A stretch of DNA of 53,736 nt from an uncultured Syntrophaceae bacterium (GTDB taxonomy: Bacteria > Desulfobacterota > BSN033 > UBA1163): assembly GCA_964517975.1 (NCBI GenBank), contig CAZFDM010000301.1, forward strand, positions 1 to 53,736, in the 5' to 3' direction. Both the position numbers and the translations under genes were made by a program. The notes under the pieces were generated by a model. It worked only from the letters and a program-made list of their open reading frames with translations, did no database searches and was not told the DNA's origin. Position 1 is the first letter of the stretch; each line of letters opens with the position of its first letter. Shown here piece after piece: positions 39,964 through 49,714 of this stretch.

Positions 39964-41247
39964 ATGGAATATTTGGCATCCAATAAGATAGCGATCATTG
40001 ATTTGGCCAACTCCAAGATTACCGAAGAAAAACTTGATGAAGATTTGGTCAGAGAGAGGATGGGTGGGGCAGGGATCACCCAGACCCTTTATGAGAAATT
40101 TAAGGATGAAGAGCCTATTGTATTAGGGTCAGGTTTATTAACAGGAACCCTTGTCCCTGCATCGGCCTTGGGCATGATCACAGCCAAAAGCCCCCTGACA
40201 GGAAAACTTTCCCATGCGCCTTTAACCCTTTACGCCGGGATGGAGTTGAAATACTCAGGCTTTGATTACATTGTGATTAAAGGGAATGCTCCTAAACCTG
40301 TTTATCTCTGGATCCATGATGGCATTGCGGATATAAACGATGCCAGTGAGGTTTGGGGCAAAGATGTCTGGACTTCCACTGACCTGATCAGAGAATCGCT
40401 TGGGGATCTTTTGATCCAAGTGTTGGGAATAGGAAAGGCGGGGGAGTCGGAATCTGATGTTGCACAGGTTTTAATAAACTATTGGCCAAGTGGAGATAGA
40501 TGGGGATTTGGAAAGTTATTTGGTTTAAAGAAACTGAAACTGGTTGCTCTAAGAGGGATGACCTTGCTGGAGATATCAGACCCTTCAGGCTTCGTTGGGA
40601 AATGTAAAGAACTTCTGTTGGAGGTGAAGAAAGGACCTTCTGCTGGAAAGAGAGGGATCGGAGAGATCTCAGCCGCACTTGGCGAGGATATCCAGAAGTG
40701 GCTTGAACCAATTGTTCATAGCCACAGGTCCTGTTTCAATACCCCTTATCCTACCAATACCTTTGTTTTTCTCGATGAGGAGCCAAAGCGTTTAGAAGAG
40801 AGTGAAAAAAACGAACCTGGTTTTCTCATTACAGATCTTTACGCCCTTATTGGATTTAAAAAGTTAGGTCTCTCCGCATCGGATGCATGTGCAGTGCTAA
40901 GAGAATGTGCGAGATATGGGATAGATGCTATGGCTGTTTCAGAATTGAGCCAGAAGTCAGGCAAAAAGAAACCCGAGGAGATCAAGAAGTCATTTTCTAC
41001 CCTAAAGGGATCGTTAGAAAGTATTGGAAAGGGAAGGTTCAGCCCTTGGGTACCCAATCTGGGTCTTTCCCCGGCCGAATGGGAGAGAAGACAGGCGGTT
41101 GCTTATATTTTTGGGATTCATCCCATCTTTATTCAACTGTCTCCTGAACTGAGCGAAGAGAGGTTGATTGAACTTGCCAATATTGGAACGGGTTTAGAAT
41201 TCACTTCGGAAACATTGGAAAAGGTGATTTCGGATATTACCAAATAA
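39964..41247 (+). CDS. Aldehyde:ferredoxin oxidoreductase-family protein, shortened and degenerate
   Basis: AOR N-terminal motifs KSPLTG, LKYSGFD, KPVYLWI; only 427 aa. Confidence 0.75.
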   Translation: MEYLASNKIAIIDLANSKITEEKLDEDLVRERMGGAGITQTLYEKFKDEEPIVLGSGLLTGTLVPASALGMITAKSPLTGKLSHAPLTLYAGMELKYSGFDYIVIKGNAPKPVYLWIHDGIADINDASEVWGKDVWTSTDLIRESLGDLLIQVLGIGKAGESESDVAQVLINYWPSGDRWGFGKLFGLKKLKLVALRGMTLLEISDPSGFVGKCKELLLEVKKGPSAGKRGIGEISAALGEDIQKWLEPIVHSHRSCFNTPYPTNTFVFLDEEPKRLEESEKNEPGFLITDLYALIGFKKLGLSASDACAVLRECARYGIDAMAVSELSQKSGKKKPEEIKKSFSTLKGSLESIGKGRFSPWVPNLGLSPAEWERRQAVAYIFGIHPIFIQLSPELSEERLIELANIGTGLEFTSETLEKVISDITK

Positions 41248-41256
41248 TTTCTCATA

Positions 41257-42525
41257 ATGATCCCATCCCCTACTGCTAAAAATTATTGTTTCACCCAATC
41301 CACCTTCCAGCCTCGCATAGGCGTTTATTCCGGAAGGGGTGCCTCCCATTCTTGGCTCTGGTTTGCTGAGATCCTTGATAGAATGGGTCTTGATGATGTC
41401 GTCTTCTTAAATGAGAGAGATATCGTTGGAGGTGGCTTGGATATGGCCGATGTTCTATTGATGTCAGGAGGTGACACGTTTGCCATTGCAGAGGGATTGG
41501 GTGAAGAGGGATCGGATAGACTAAGAAATTTTATAAAAGGAGGGGGACTCTATATTGGAACCTGTGCGGGAGCATACCTTCCATTAAGATCATCCATGCC
41601 CTATCTCAATCGGTTCAATTTTATTGACGTGAAGATCTCGAATATATCTCGAAGGCTTTCAGAAGATGAACGGTCATTGTTCGAGAAGAGTTCCTGTAGT
41701 TCCTATGGTTGTGATTTTATCTACCATGTGGTAAGAGAGGAAGTTGTTTTGGAGATGGTTCATGGTTTTCCTGGTGATGAAGAGGAGATGATTGCTCCCC
41801 TTTATGGCGGGCCATCGATGCTACCCTCAGAAGATATTGAACCCATTGCCACCTACAATGGGTTTACGAAAAGGACAAGGTTTCTGGTTAAGGAAGAGTT
41901 GGCCGTAAAGACCTTGATTGGAAAGATTGCTGTTTGTAAAAAGATTATTGGCGATGGGGAGCTCTATATATTGGGTCCTCACTTTGAACATCCCCACTAC
42001 CCTTCCTGCAATCTCTACCTCAGGAAGATTATCTTCAAACACTTAGAGAGGGGGAGTTTCGGGGTTAAAAAATTTTTTTATGAAGAAGGCCAATCAGTCA
42101 GTGGGGACTCTTTAAAAGGATACTTGAAAGATTTAAAGAGGGGACTGAGTAATGCCCGCATTCAGGCCTCGGGCATGAATGATGTTAACAGGGAGTGGTT
42201 GATTGGAAATAAACTCTACCAAACTGAAAAGATCAGTGTCTTTCTAAATGTTATATGGGATAAACTGAAAAGGCTTGAGACTCTCCCTGATCTCAAGATG
42301 GATGAAGAAAGGCTTTGGGAATGTATCGAACGATCAAAATCCCTTCCCTCAGTAATTCAAGCGATTCGACATAAGATGAAAGAGGGTGAGGACACTACAT
42401 CGCTGGCTACAGGACTTTTTGAAAATTTGAAATTATTATCTGCATGTTTTTTAAACCTTTATTTTAAATCAAAGAGAGTCGAAAAAGAGAGACCAATGAG
42501 TCGATTGATACAGGCCGTTTTTTGA
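41257..42525 (+). CDS. BPL-N (class I glutamine amidotransferase-like) protein
   Basis: SGG, GGLYIGTCAGAY nucleophile elbow, GPHFE. Confidence 0.75.
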   Translation: MIPSPTAKNYCFTQSTFQPRIGVYSGRGASHSWLWFAEILDRMGLDDVVFLNERDIVGGGLDMADVLLMSGGDTFAIAEGLGEEGSDRLRNFIKGGGLYIGTCAGAYLPLRSSMPYLNRFNFIDVKISNISRRLSEDERSLFEKSSCSSYGCDFIYHVVREEVVLEMVHGFPGDEEEMIAPLYGGPSMLPSEDIEPIATYNGFTKRTRFLVKEELAVKTLIGKIAVCKKIIGDGELYILGPHFEHPHYPSCNLYLRKIIFKHLERGSFGVKKFFYEEGQSVSGDSLKGYLKDLKRGLSNARIQASGMNDVNREWLIGNKLYQTEKISVFLNVIWDKLKRLETLPDLKMDEERLWECIERSKSLPSVIQAIRHKMKEGEDTTSLATGLFENLKLLSACFLNLYFKSKRVEKERPMSRLIQAVF

Positions 42526-42536
42526 GGAGTGGTATG

Positions 42537-43439
42537 ATGTCAAGGAAGAAGATTTGGATTTTATCCATTATGGTATCTCTATATATTCTGATCCAATTTG
42601 GAAATCCAGCTTTGGCCACGGTCGATTATGTAAAGAAATTCAAAAAAGACCCCCCAAAATTATGTGTTCATTGTCATACCGATCATACCTACCCTGGAAA
42701 GAGTTTTTATGAAGCAGAGAATCTTTATAAGTGGGTATTTATGTGGATCACAGGAGGGGTATCGATTATAATTTTCTCATATGGATTGATTACAAAGATA
42801 TTGATCTGGAGAAAAGGAAGGGAAAATTCTCATAGAAGGAAAAAGAAGGCCAAGGTCTTTAAATCCTTTATTTACGATGCATTCTTACAGAGGGGAATCT
42901 TCCGATTGAATCCTCTCCGATGGGTAAATTATATGACGCTATCCATGGGCTTTTCTATCTTATTTATTCTAATGCTTTTTGTTTATGGATATGTCATTGC
43001 CACCCAGGTGAGGACCTTTGGGATTCCTTCACCTGGAGGAAGAATTTTGGATTTTCTGATGGATTTTTTAGGACTTAGTATATTGGTCGGTGTTGTTATT
43101 TCAGCGTTGAGGCGCTACCTGTTAAAGGTCCCCCAATTGAAGACAGAGGTGAGAGACAATATCGCCCTGCTCTTTATATTTTTGATTGTTGTCACAGGAT
43201 TTTTATTGGAAGCCTTCAGGTTTGCCGTCCTTCCTTTTTCCTTAGAATATAGCGCTTCCTTTGTGGGATTTACTCTATCGCTTTTGTTCCGTAATCTCCC
43301 TTTCAATTGGACTACCTTCCATTTTTATCTATGGAATTTGCATTGCCTAATCGCTTTTGCTTTCATTGCTTATATTCCCTATAGTAAATTTGCTCATATA
43401 GTTACATGCCCAGTGACAGCGACTCTTTCAAGAAGGTAG
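42537..43439 (+). CDS. NarI/HdrE-like membrane cytochrome b with N-terminal c-type heme motif
   Basis: Signal peptide, CVHCH, several TMs, TGFLLEA, WNLH, PYSKFAH; alternative starts at 42522 and 42534. Confidence 0.75.
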   Translation: MSRKKIWILSIMVSLYILIQFGNPALATVDYVKKFKKDPPKLCVHCHTDHTYPGKSFYEAENLYKWVFMWITGGVSIIIFSYGLITKILIWRKGRENSHRRKKKAKVFKSFIYDAFLQRGIFRLNPLRWVNYMTLSMGFSILFILMLFVYGYVIATQVRTFGIPSPGGRILDFLMDFLGLSILVGVVISALRRYLLKVPQLKTEVRDNIALLFIFLIVVTGFLLEAFRFAVLPFSLEYSASFVGFTLSLLFRNLPFNWTTFHFYLWNLHCLIAFAFIAYIPYSKFAHIVTCPVTATLSRR

Positions 43440-43455
43440 GAAAGAGGATAAATAT

Positions 43456-43983
43456 ATGGATGAAAAAAAACCCATACCTCAAGAAGAAAGTACAACGGCT
43501 CACCTTGGTAGAAGAAAACTATTAAGATTTTTGACAGCCTTTCTCGGACTTTTTGGATTGGGGGCAATTCTTTCAGCGATCATTGCCTTTCTCACGCCTC
43601 CTCGAAGTGCGTTAAAGAAGGTCGGTGGTTGGCAGGTGGTTGGGACCCTGTCAGAGTTTAAAGAAAACAGTCTGGTGAAAACCTATTTTGGTTTACCTAT
43701 TATCTTAATAAAGAATGGCAAAGGACTGTTTTCTTTTTCTACCATCTGTCCTCATCTGGGCTGTATTGTGATATGGGACGAAAAGAAGAAGCATTTTATT
43801 TGCCCTTGTCATGACGCAATCTTTGATGAGGGTGGGAGAATTTTAAAAGGACCGGCTAAACCTTATAATCTTTTATTGATGGAGAGTAAGGTTGAGGGAG
43901 AGAAGATTTCTGTAAAACTCCCTGAAGATAAACTTTCAGGGTATCCCTCTTGGTTTAGAATCACTATGATCAGCGGGGTATAG
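43456..43983 (+). CDS. petC: Rieske [2Fe-2S] subunit of a Rieske/cytochrome b complex
   Basis: GRRKLL Tat-like anchor, CPHLGC, CPCH, GPA. Confidence 0.9.
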   Translation: MDEKKPIPQEESTTAHLGRRKLLRFLTAFLGLFGLGAILSAIIAFLTPPRSALKKVGGWQVVGTLSEFKENSLVKTYFGLPIILIKNGKGLFSFSTICPHLGCIVIWDEKKKHFICPCHDAIFDEGGRILKGPAKPYNLLLMESKVEGEKISVKLPEDKLSGYPSWFRITMISGV

Positions 43984-43985
43984 AG

Positions 43986-44648
43986 ATGGCTGGTTGGATA
44001 TCAAATCTTACCCAATGGGCCGAAGAGCGATGGAATCTTAGAAAATGGTTAAGCCCGATTTTGGACACCGAGGTCACCGAATACAAAAAGAAGGTAAGGT
44101 TTTGCTGGGGAGGGATGACATTTGCGCTCATTGTTATCGAGCTGATCACGGGTATCTTTCTCGCTTACTACTATCAACCAACTGTCAAAGGGGCCTTCCA
44201 GAGTATTGTCTTTATTACGGACCAGGTCTATCTGGGGTGGTTGATCAGGGGGATCCACCATTATGCCAGTTATCTAATCATTATCACTGTGGTGGTCCAT
44301 ATGGTAATAGTTTTCTTCAGGGGGGCCTATAAACCGCCTCGTGAAATGACCTGGGTCAGTGGAGTCTTTCTATTAATATTGTGCTTTGCCTTTTCTTTTA
44401 CAGGGTATTTATTAACGTGGGATCAAAGGGGATACTGGGCAACCAGAATAGGAACGGGCATGGCGAGTGAGCTCCCCGTTATAGGAGAATATTTAATGGT
44501 CTTCCTTCAGGGAGGATATGGAGTGAAACAGCCAACGATCACTCGTTTTTTCATCTCCCATGTAATCGTCCTCCCTTTGTTCCTCATTGGCTTCCTCTTA
44601 GCCCATTTTATCATGATACGGCGCCAGGGGATCAAAACACCTTTTTAG
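43986..44648 (+). CDS. petB: Cytochrome b6-type subunit
   Basis: CWGG, four His ligands, TGY....Q.GYWA, HFIMIRRQGI. Confidence 0.93.
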   Translation: MAGWISNLTQWAEERWNLRKWLSPILDTEVTEYKKKVRFCWGGMTFALIVIELITGIFLAYYYQPTVKGAFQSIVFITDQVYLGWLIRGIHHYASYLIIITVVVHMVIVFFRGAYKPPREMTWVSGVFLLILCFAFSFTGYLLTWDQRGYWATRIGTGMASELPVIGEYLMVFLQGGYGVKQPTITRFFISHVIVLPLFLIGFLLAHFIMIRRQGIKTPF

Positions 44649-44658
44649 GAGATTCTTA

Positions 44659-45045
44659 ATGGGGGAGATAAAGAAAAGGAAACCTACTTTCTATCCTGAC
44701 CAATTCTTTACAGAAATGATCGTCTTCTTGTTTCTCATCGGAGTGGTGGTAACCCTTTCTGTCTTATTGCCAATTGGCTACGAAGAAGAGGCAAATCCAT
44801 TGATCACGCCTACAACCATCAGCCCAGAATGGTATTTTCTCTGGTTATTTCAAATCATGAAAATGGTTCCCCCCGCCATCGGGGTTTTAGTTCCATTTTT
44901 GATTTTGGCCATTTTAATTCTTCTTCCCTTTATAGATACAAAAGAAATCAATACGTTTCATGAGCACCGTTGGTTCATCGTTGGAGGGACGGGGGCGCTT
45001 ATCCTCATATTCATTTTAAGCATCTGGGCAACCTTAGGAGAATGA
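44659..45045 (+). CDS. petD: Cytochrome b6 subunit IV-type protein
   Basis: ANPLITP..ISPEWYFL, LLPFID. Confidence 0.9.
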   Translation: MGEIKKRKPTFYPDQFFTEMIVFLFLIGVVVTLSVLLPIGYEEEANPLITPTTISPEWYFLWLFQIMKMVPPAIGVLVPFLILAILILLPFIDTKEINTFHEHRWFIVGGTGALILIFILSIWATLGE

Positions 45046-46868
45046 ATGAGATGAAAATATTCTGGAAAAGTCCTCTTCAACATATCTTCTGCATTATTTT
45101 TATATTGGTGTTTAGTTGGGCGATCCTAACAGGAATGACTCTGGCTGAAGAAACGATTGAGATTTCACCCGGAGAAAAGCTCTATCGTGAACACTGCCTT
45201 CGCTGCCACGGCAATTTAGGAAGGGGGGGGCAGGGAAATTTTGGTGCCAAGAATCCTGCCAGCAGAGTCATCCCTTCATTGAACACAGGGGCGATTAAAC
45301 TTGCATTAACCACTAATAAATTTGGTGATGTGCTGAATAGAAAAACCATTAAGGATTTTATCCTAAAGGGATCGAAAGTGGAAGGGACGGAGTCCACTGT
45401 CTCCCAGCCCGCATTCAAGGAAAAATTGACAGAGGCACAGGTTGATCAGGTTTTAGATTATGTCTCGACGCTTCCGGATACTCGTCCCATACGTTACACG
45501 ATTTCCCGACTTATATTTCTTATAGGTTTCTGGGTCTTCTTAGGGTTGGCTATATGGACCATTCACGTTAAGAAAAAAATTTCCAATTCAGTAGACCTGC
45601 CTAAGATTCCTTTATCCCATTTCGATAAACTTCGATTGATGGAACTTGACGCATGTACGGATTGTGGGGAATGTATTACGTGGTGCCCAGTTTATCAGCA
45701 GGACGAGAGGGAAACCATCACCCCTCGAAAAAAGATCGCCAATTTTCGGGAAATGGTAAAGGCCCAATATGGTCCCAACGCAATCTTTTTTGATTATAAT
45801 CCTGTGGATCCTGAGGGGGTTAAAGATTTTGTCAGGAGCCTTTATGAGTGTAGTACGTGTGGGCAATGTCACTTTGTCTGCCCCTCTCGAATTGACACCG
45901 TAGAACTTTGGGAAAGGATTAGGCGATGTATCGTCGATTTGGGTTTTGGACCATTGGAGAATCAAACCCTTTTAGTCAAAAACACTAAGGCTTATGATAA
46001 CCCGTGGGGGCAACCCCGATCCAGCCGAGCCCACTGGGCGAGAGCTGGGAAGAGAGACAAGACATTGATCGCGCCTCCTAAAGAGATCACAAAAGGTGCA
46101 GAATTGCTCTATTTTGTGGGTTGTACAGCATCCTACGATTCAAATCTCAGGGAGATTGCTATCAATACAACAAACATCCTAAACGCCCTTGAATTGAATT
46201 GGGGGTTTTTAGCCAATCAGGAGAAATGTTGTGGGAGCGTGCTTTTAAGAATGGGAGATAGAGAGTTTGAAAGAATTGCATCTGAGAATATTAAGATGTT
46301 CAACGAACTGGGAGTTAAAACACTGGTCACTTCATGCGCAGGCTGTTTCAAGACAATCAGGCAGGATTATCCAAAAATTGGAGACCTCAATTTTGAAGTG
46401 ATACCCATTGCGACCCTTCTGGTAAGGTTGATCAAGGAAGGAAAGATTAAGTTCAATAAAAGATTGAACCTCAAGGTCACTTACCATGATCCATGCCATA
46501 TGGGAAGAGCATGTGGTGAATATGATGATCCGAGAGAAGTGCTTAAGGCCCTTTCAGAAGTAGGAGTACAATTTGTAGAGATGGAAAGGATTAGAGAGAA
46601 TTCAAGATGTTGTGGCGCTGGGGGAGGGTTGAAGGCAGGCTATCCAGATATCCAGCAAAAGATGACCAAAGAAAGGGTTAAGGATGCTGAGCGGACAGGG
46701 GCAACCGACCTTATTTCTACCTGCCCGTTCTGTTATCAGGGGCTTCAAAAAGAAATCATTGCTATGGATTCTATGATTCGGATGAGAGACCTTGTTGAAT
46801 TGGTTGCCCTGGCTATGGGTCTACCCTCCACCCGCATCACCAAAGAAGAAGAGACGAAAGAGAATTAA
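45042..46868 (+). CDS. Cytochrome c fused to HdrD/GlpC-like (2x4Fe-4S, 2xCCG) oxidoreductase
   Basis: Signal peptide, CLRCH, TM, CTDCGECITWCP, CSTCGQCHFVCP, YFVGC, CCG, YHDPCH, CCGAGGG, CPFC; start ATG 45042 or 45051. Confidence 0.85.
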   Translation: MNEMKIFWKSPLQHIFCIIFILVFSWAILTGMTLAEETIEISPGEKLYREHCLRCHGNLGRGGQGNFGAKNPASRVIPSLNTGAIKLALTTNKFGDVLNRKTIKDFILKGSKVEGTESTVSQPAFKEKLTEAQVDQVLDYVSTLPDTRPIRYTISRLIFLIGFWVFLGLAIWTIHVKKKISNSVDLPKIPLSHFDKLRLMELDACTDCGECITWCPVYQQDERETITPRKKIANFREMVKAQYGPNAIFFDYNPVDPEGVKDFVRSLYECSTCGQCHFVCPSRIDTVELWERIRRCIVDLGFGPLENQTLLVKNTKAYDNPWGQPRSSRAHWARAGKRDKTLIAPPKEITKGAELLYFVGCTASYDSNLREIAINTTNILNALELNWGFLANQEKCCGSVLLRMGDREFERIASENIKMFNELGVKTLVTSCAGCFKTIRQDYPKIGDLNFEVIPIATLLVRLIKEGKIKFNKRLNLKVTYHDPCHMGRACGEYDDPREVLKALSEVGVQFVEMERIRENSRCCGAGGGLKAGYPDIQQKMTKERVKDAERTGATDLISTCPFCYQGLQKEIIAMDSMIRMRDLVELVALAMGLPSTRITKEEETKEN

Positions 46869-47163
46869 GACCTATCTCTCGAAACTATCCGATTCAACGA
46901 AACATTGCTTACACGGCGACATTTCCTACATCACCCCTCACTCTTCCCATAGAGACTGTGTCGCAATATGAAAAAAACCGGCTTTTTGAAAAGGGGGAGA
47001 GGTACGACCTGCATTTTAAAGCTTTGAAACCCGACTGCCTCTCTCCCCATCTTGATTGCCATAATGAAATAGTTTCATTGGGTAGAGGGGGGAAGAACAA
47101 AGTGAAATTTCAAATAGGTTTGATTAGATTTTTAATGGATTCAAGACAACCGTAACGAAAAAA

Positions 47164-47871
47164 ATGAAGGAATATAAAAAATATATCTATTGGCTTGAAG
47201 AAAAAGAATTTTCCGGTTTGGAAGATCGATTGAAGGAAGGGGGGGTAGAGGTGATAGAGGCGAGGAATGCCGCCTGCGACCCTCTATCCAAGGAGGTGGA
47301 GATTGGTTTTGTGCCTTTGGAGGCATGGGGGAAAAATCCATTCTGCAAGAGGCCCTCATCCTGGTATAAAGTCTCCCATTTCGCAAGTAAGATTTTGGTG
47401 GTCAGTTCTTTTGATCTTCAGGAATATCGTGTCACTCCTGAAACGACTGTTCGAGAATGCCGATTCCGCCCCCCCAAACTTCCTAATAGAGAAGAAAAAC
47501 TGAGACTGATCCAGCAAGGGAGTTACCAGGACTTAAAGCCAGCAGAGTGGGAGAATATTGATACGGATGGGGCTGAACTCCACAAGGAGTGGTTAAGGGC
47601 AATAGGATTGAGAGGGGTTTCCTTTGAGGAGTTATTTATTACCCATCGGGCCAATCATGCCAATTTCATTGAGCCAGTCTATTTTATCATGGAAGAGAAT
47701 GAACCTGTTCCTTATTCCATTGATAAGACTCCTTACATCTGTTCCGCCTGCCTCGAATTTTTTAATATCATCGGTGCGAATTTTAGAAAGAAATATGTTT
47801 TCCCCTGTCCAGGAGCTGTTCTTTACGCTGGGATGATCCCCAATCGGTATTATGAAGTTCTGTGCCCTTGA
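47164..47871 (+). CDS. Cys-containing hypothetical protein (C-terminus loosely DUF169-like)
   Basis: 235-aa ORF; ICSAC and PCPGAVLYAG. Confidence 0.6.
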   Translation: MKEYKKYIYWLEEKEFSGLEDRLKEGGVEVIEARNAACDPLSKEVEIGFVPLEAWGKNPFCKRPSSWYKVSHFASKILVVSSFDLQEYRVTPETTVRECRFRPPKLPNREEKLRLIQQGSYQDLKPAEWENIDTDGAELHKEWLRAIGLRGVSFEELFITHRANHANFIEPVYFIMEENEPVPYSIDKTPYICSACLEFFNIIGANFRKKYVFPCPGAVLYAGMIPNRYYEVLCP

Positions 47872-47920
47872 CTGTTTGAAAGAATAGATTAATAATCCTT
47901 TTTGCAGAGGAGTGGAGCAC

Positions 47921-48871
47921 ATGAAAAAGATAGGCCTATTGGTTTTGGTGAGCTTATTATTTTTTGTTCCGTTCGCCTATGGACAGCCGATCCGGATAGC
48001 TTATCTTCAGGCTGATATCCATCAACTCCCTTGCTGGGTGGCCCTGGAGAAGGGATTCTTTGAAAAAGAGGGGATCCAGGTCAAAGTGGCTGGTATCTTC
48101 AAAGCAGGACCTGAACTGATGAGTGGCTTTTCTGCAGGAGATCTGGATATGGGATATGTAGGAATTGCCCCTTCTACCACAGCGGTTGCAAATAAAACTG
48201 CAAGGGTGGTTGCCCTGGCCCAGGTCAATACAGAGGGCTCGGCCATTGTTGTTAGAAAAGAGGATAGGATTCAAGCCATCTCCGACTTAATAGGTAAAAC
48301 AGTGGCTGTCCCCGGACATTCAACCGTTCAGGATTTTCTCCTCCGTAAGGCACTGCATCAATTTAAAACCCCTCAGGAGCAGGTCAAGATCATGGTCTTA
48401 AAACCCCCTGAGATGATTGGGGCATTGAGAACCCATCAGATTGATGGATTTATCGCCTGGGAACCCTTTCCAGCCAAGGCAGTGACCATGGGTGTGGGAA
48501 GGGTCCTCACTTCTTCGGGCCAGATATGGAAAGGTCATCCTTGTTGTGCCCTTGTCTGTGATGAGCGGTTTTTTGAAGCAAAGAAAGATCAGGCCAAAGC
48601 CCTGGTTCGGGCTCATGTGAAGGCGATTGATTTCATTCTCCTCAATCGGGAGGAAGCCATTCAGATAGCCATTAAATACACTGGAATGGATGAAGCCTCT
48701 GTCCGGTTGGCCATGGAGAATGTCAATTATACTCCTGTCCTCAGTGTGGAGGGGGAAAAGGAGTATGTCGATTTTCTAAATAAATTGAAATATATCAAGG
48801 TTGACGATGTAGATGGATTCGTTAATCGATTTATGAGAACGGAGATTCTCAAAGAGATCATCAAGAAATGA
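47921..48871 (+). CDS. NitT/TauT/SsuA-family ABC substrate-binding protein
   Basis: Signal peptide, IAWEPF, HPCC. Confidence 0.88.
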   Translation: MKKIGLLVLVSLLFFVPFAYGQPIRIAYLQADIHQLPCWVALEKGFFEKEGIQVKVAGIFKAGPELMSGFSAGDLDMGYVGIAPSTTAVANKTARVVALAQVNTEGSAIVVRKEDRIQAISDLIGKTVAVPGHSTVQDFLLRKALHQFKTPQEQVKIMVLKPPEMIGALRTHQIDGFIAWEPFPAKAVTMGVGRVLTSSGQIWKGHPCCALVCDERFFEAKKDQAKALVRAHVKAIDFILLNREEAIQIAIKYTGMDEASVRLAMENVNYTPVLSVEGEKEYVDFLNKLKYIKVDDVDGFVNRFMRTEILKEIIKK

Positions 48872-49623
48872 AAAAAGAGCGATATTTATTGCTCATCCTA
48901 TTGATTCTGATCTGGCAGGGACTCTGCTCTTTCAATTTGATTCCCCGATATAAACTTTCATCTCCAGTTGAAATTGTCCTTGGTTTGGTAGAACTCATTA
49001 AAATTGGGGTACCACCTGGGCATCTCCTTCATCATCATGTCCTCTATAGCCTTTATCGAGTTGCCCTGGGTTATGGGGTGGCAGCCCTATTGGCCATCCC
49101 GTTAGGGCTCTTAATGGGATGGTTTCCAAGATTACGAAGAATGATCAGCCCAATCATTGAAGTAGTGAGGCCCATCCCACCTCTGGCCTGGATTCCGATT
49201 GCTATAGTGTGGTTTGGCATTGGCATCAAATCGGCAGCCTTTATTATCTTTCTTGGAGCCTTCTTTCCCATTCTTTTAAATACGGTTGCAGGGGTTTTAT
49301 CGATTAACCCCATTTTAATTGAGGCGGCTCGGACATTACAGGCGAAGGAGAAGGATATCTTTTATAAAGTTTTACTCCCAGGTTCTGTCCCAAATATCTT
49401 TGTTGGAATGCGTATTGGTCTTGGAGTGGGATGGATGACTCTGGTTGCTGCAGAATTCACAGGGGTAAGAGAGGGTTTTGGTCTTGGCTATATGATTATG
49501 ACTGCAAGGGATATCCAGAGACCTGATGAGATTCTGGCTGGGATGTTGGTCATTGGATTGATCGGCCTTTTGATCAATGCAGGCCTTAAGGTTATAGAGT
49601 CAAGGGCTCTTCGCTGGAGATAA
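48868..49623 (+). CDS. NitT/TauT-family ABC permease
   Basis: RPIPPLAWIP, EAA loop, LVAAE. Confidence 0.92.
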   Translation: MKKERYLLLILLILIWQGLCSFNLIPRYKLSSPVEIVLGLVELIKIGVPPGHLLHHHVLYSLYRVALGYGVAALLAIPLGLLMGWFPRLRRMISPIIEVVRPIPPLAWIPIAIVWFGIGIKSAAFIIFLGAFFPILLNTVAGVLSINPILIEAARTLQAKEKDIFYKVLLPGSVPNIFVGMRIGLGVGWMTLVAAEFTGVREGFGLGYMIMTARDIQRPDEILAGMLVIGLIGLLINAGLKVIESRALRWR

Positions 49624-49714
49624 ATGGGAGTGACGTTAGACGATGACCGATGAACGGTAGACAATGGACGACGAAGGATATCCTAATTTATTGACTATTG
49701 ACAAGGGATGATCA

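Noticed and set aside
46870-47160. Small ORFs and palindromes (AATGAAA-TAG-TTTCATT) as a gene or MITE
   Set aside because: Overlapping ORFs lack motifs and element ends cannot be defined from one copy
47869-47892. Sec readthrough at ...VLCP-TGA
   Set aside because: No hairpin downstream and a TAA follows after six codons; treated as a normal stop
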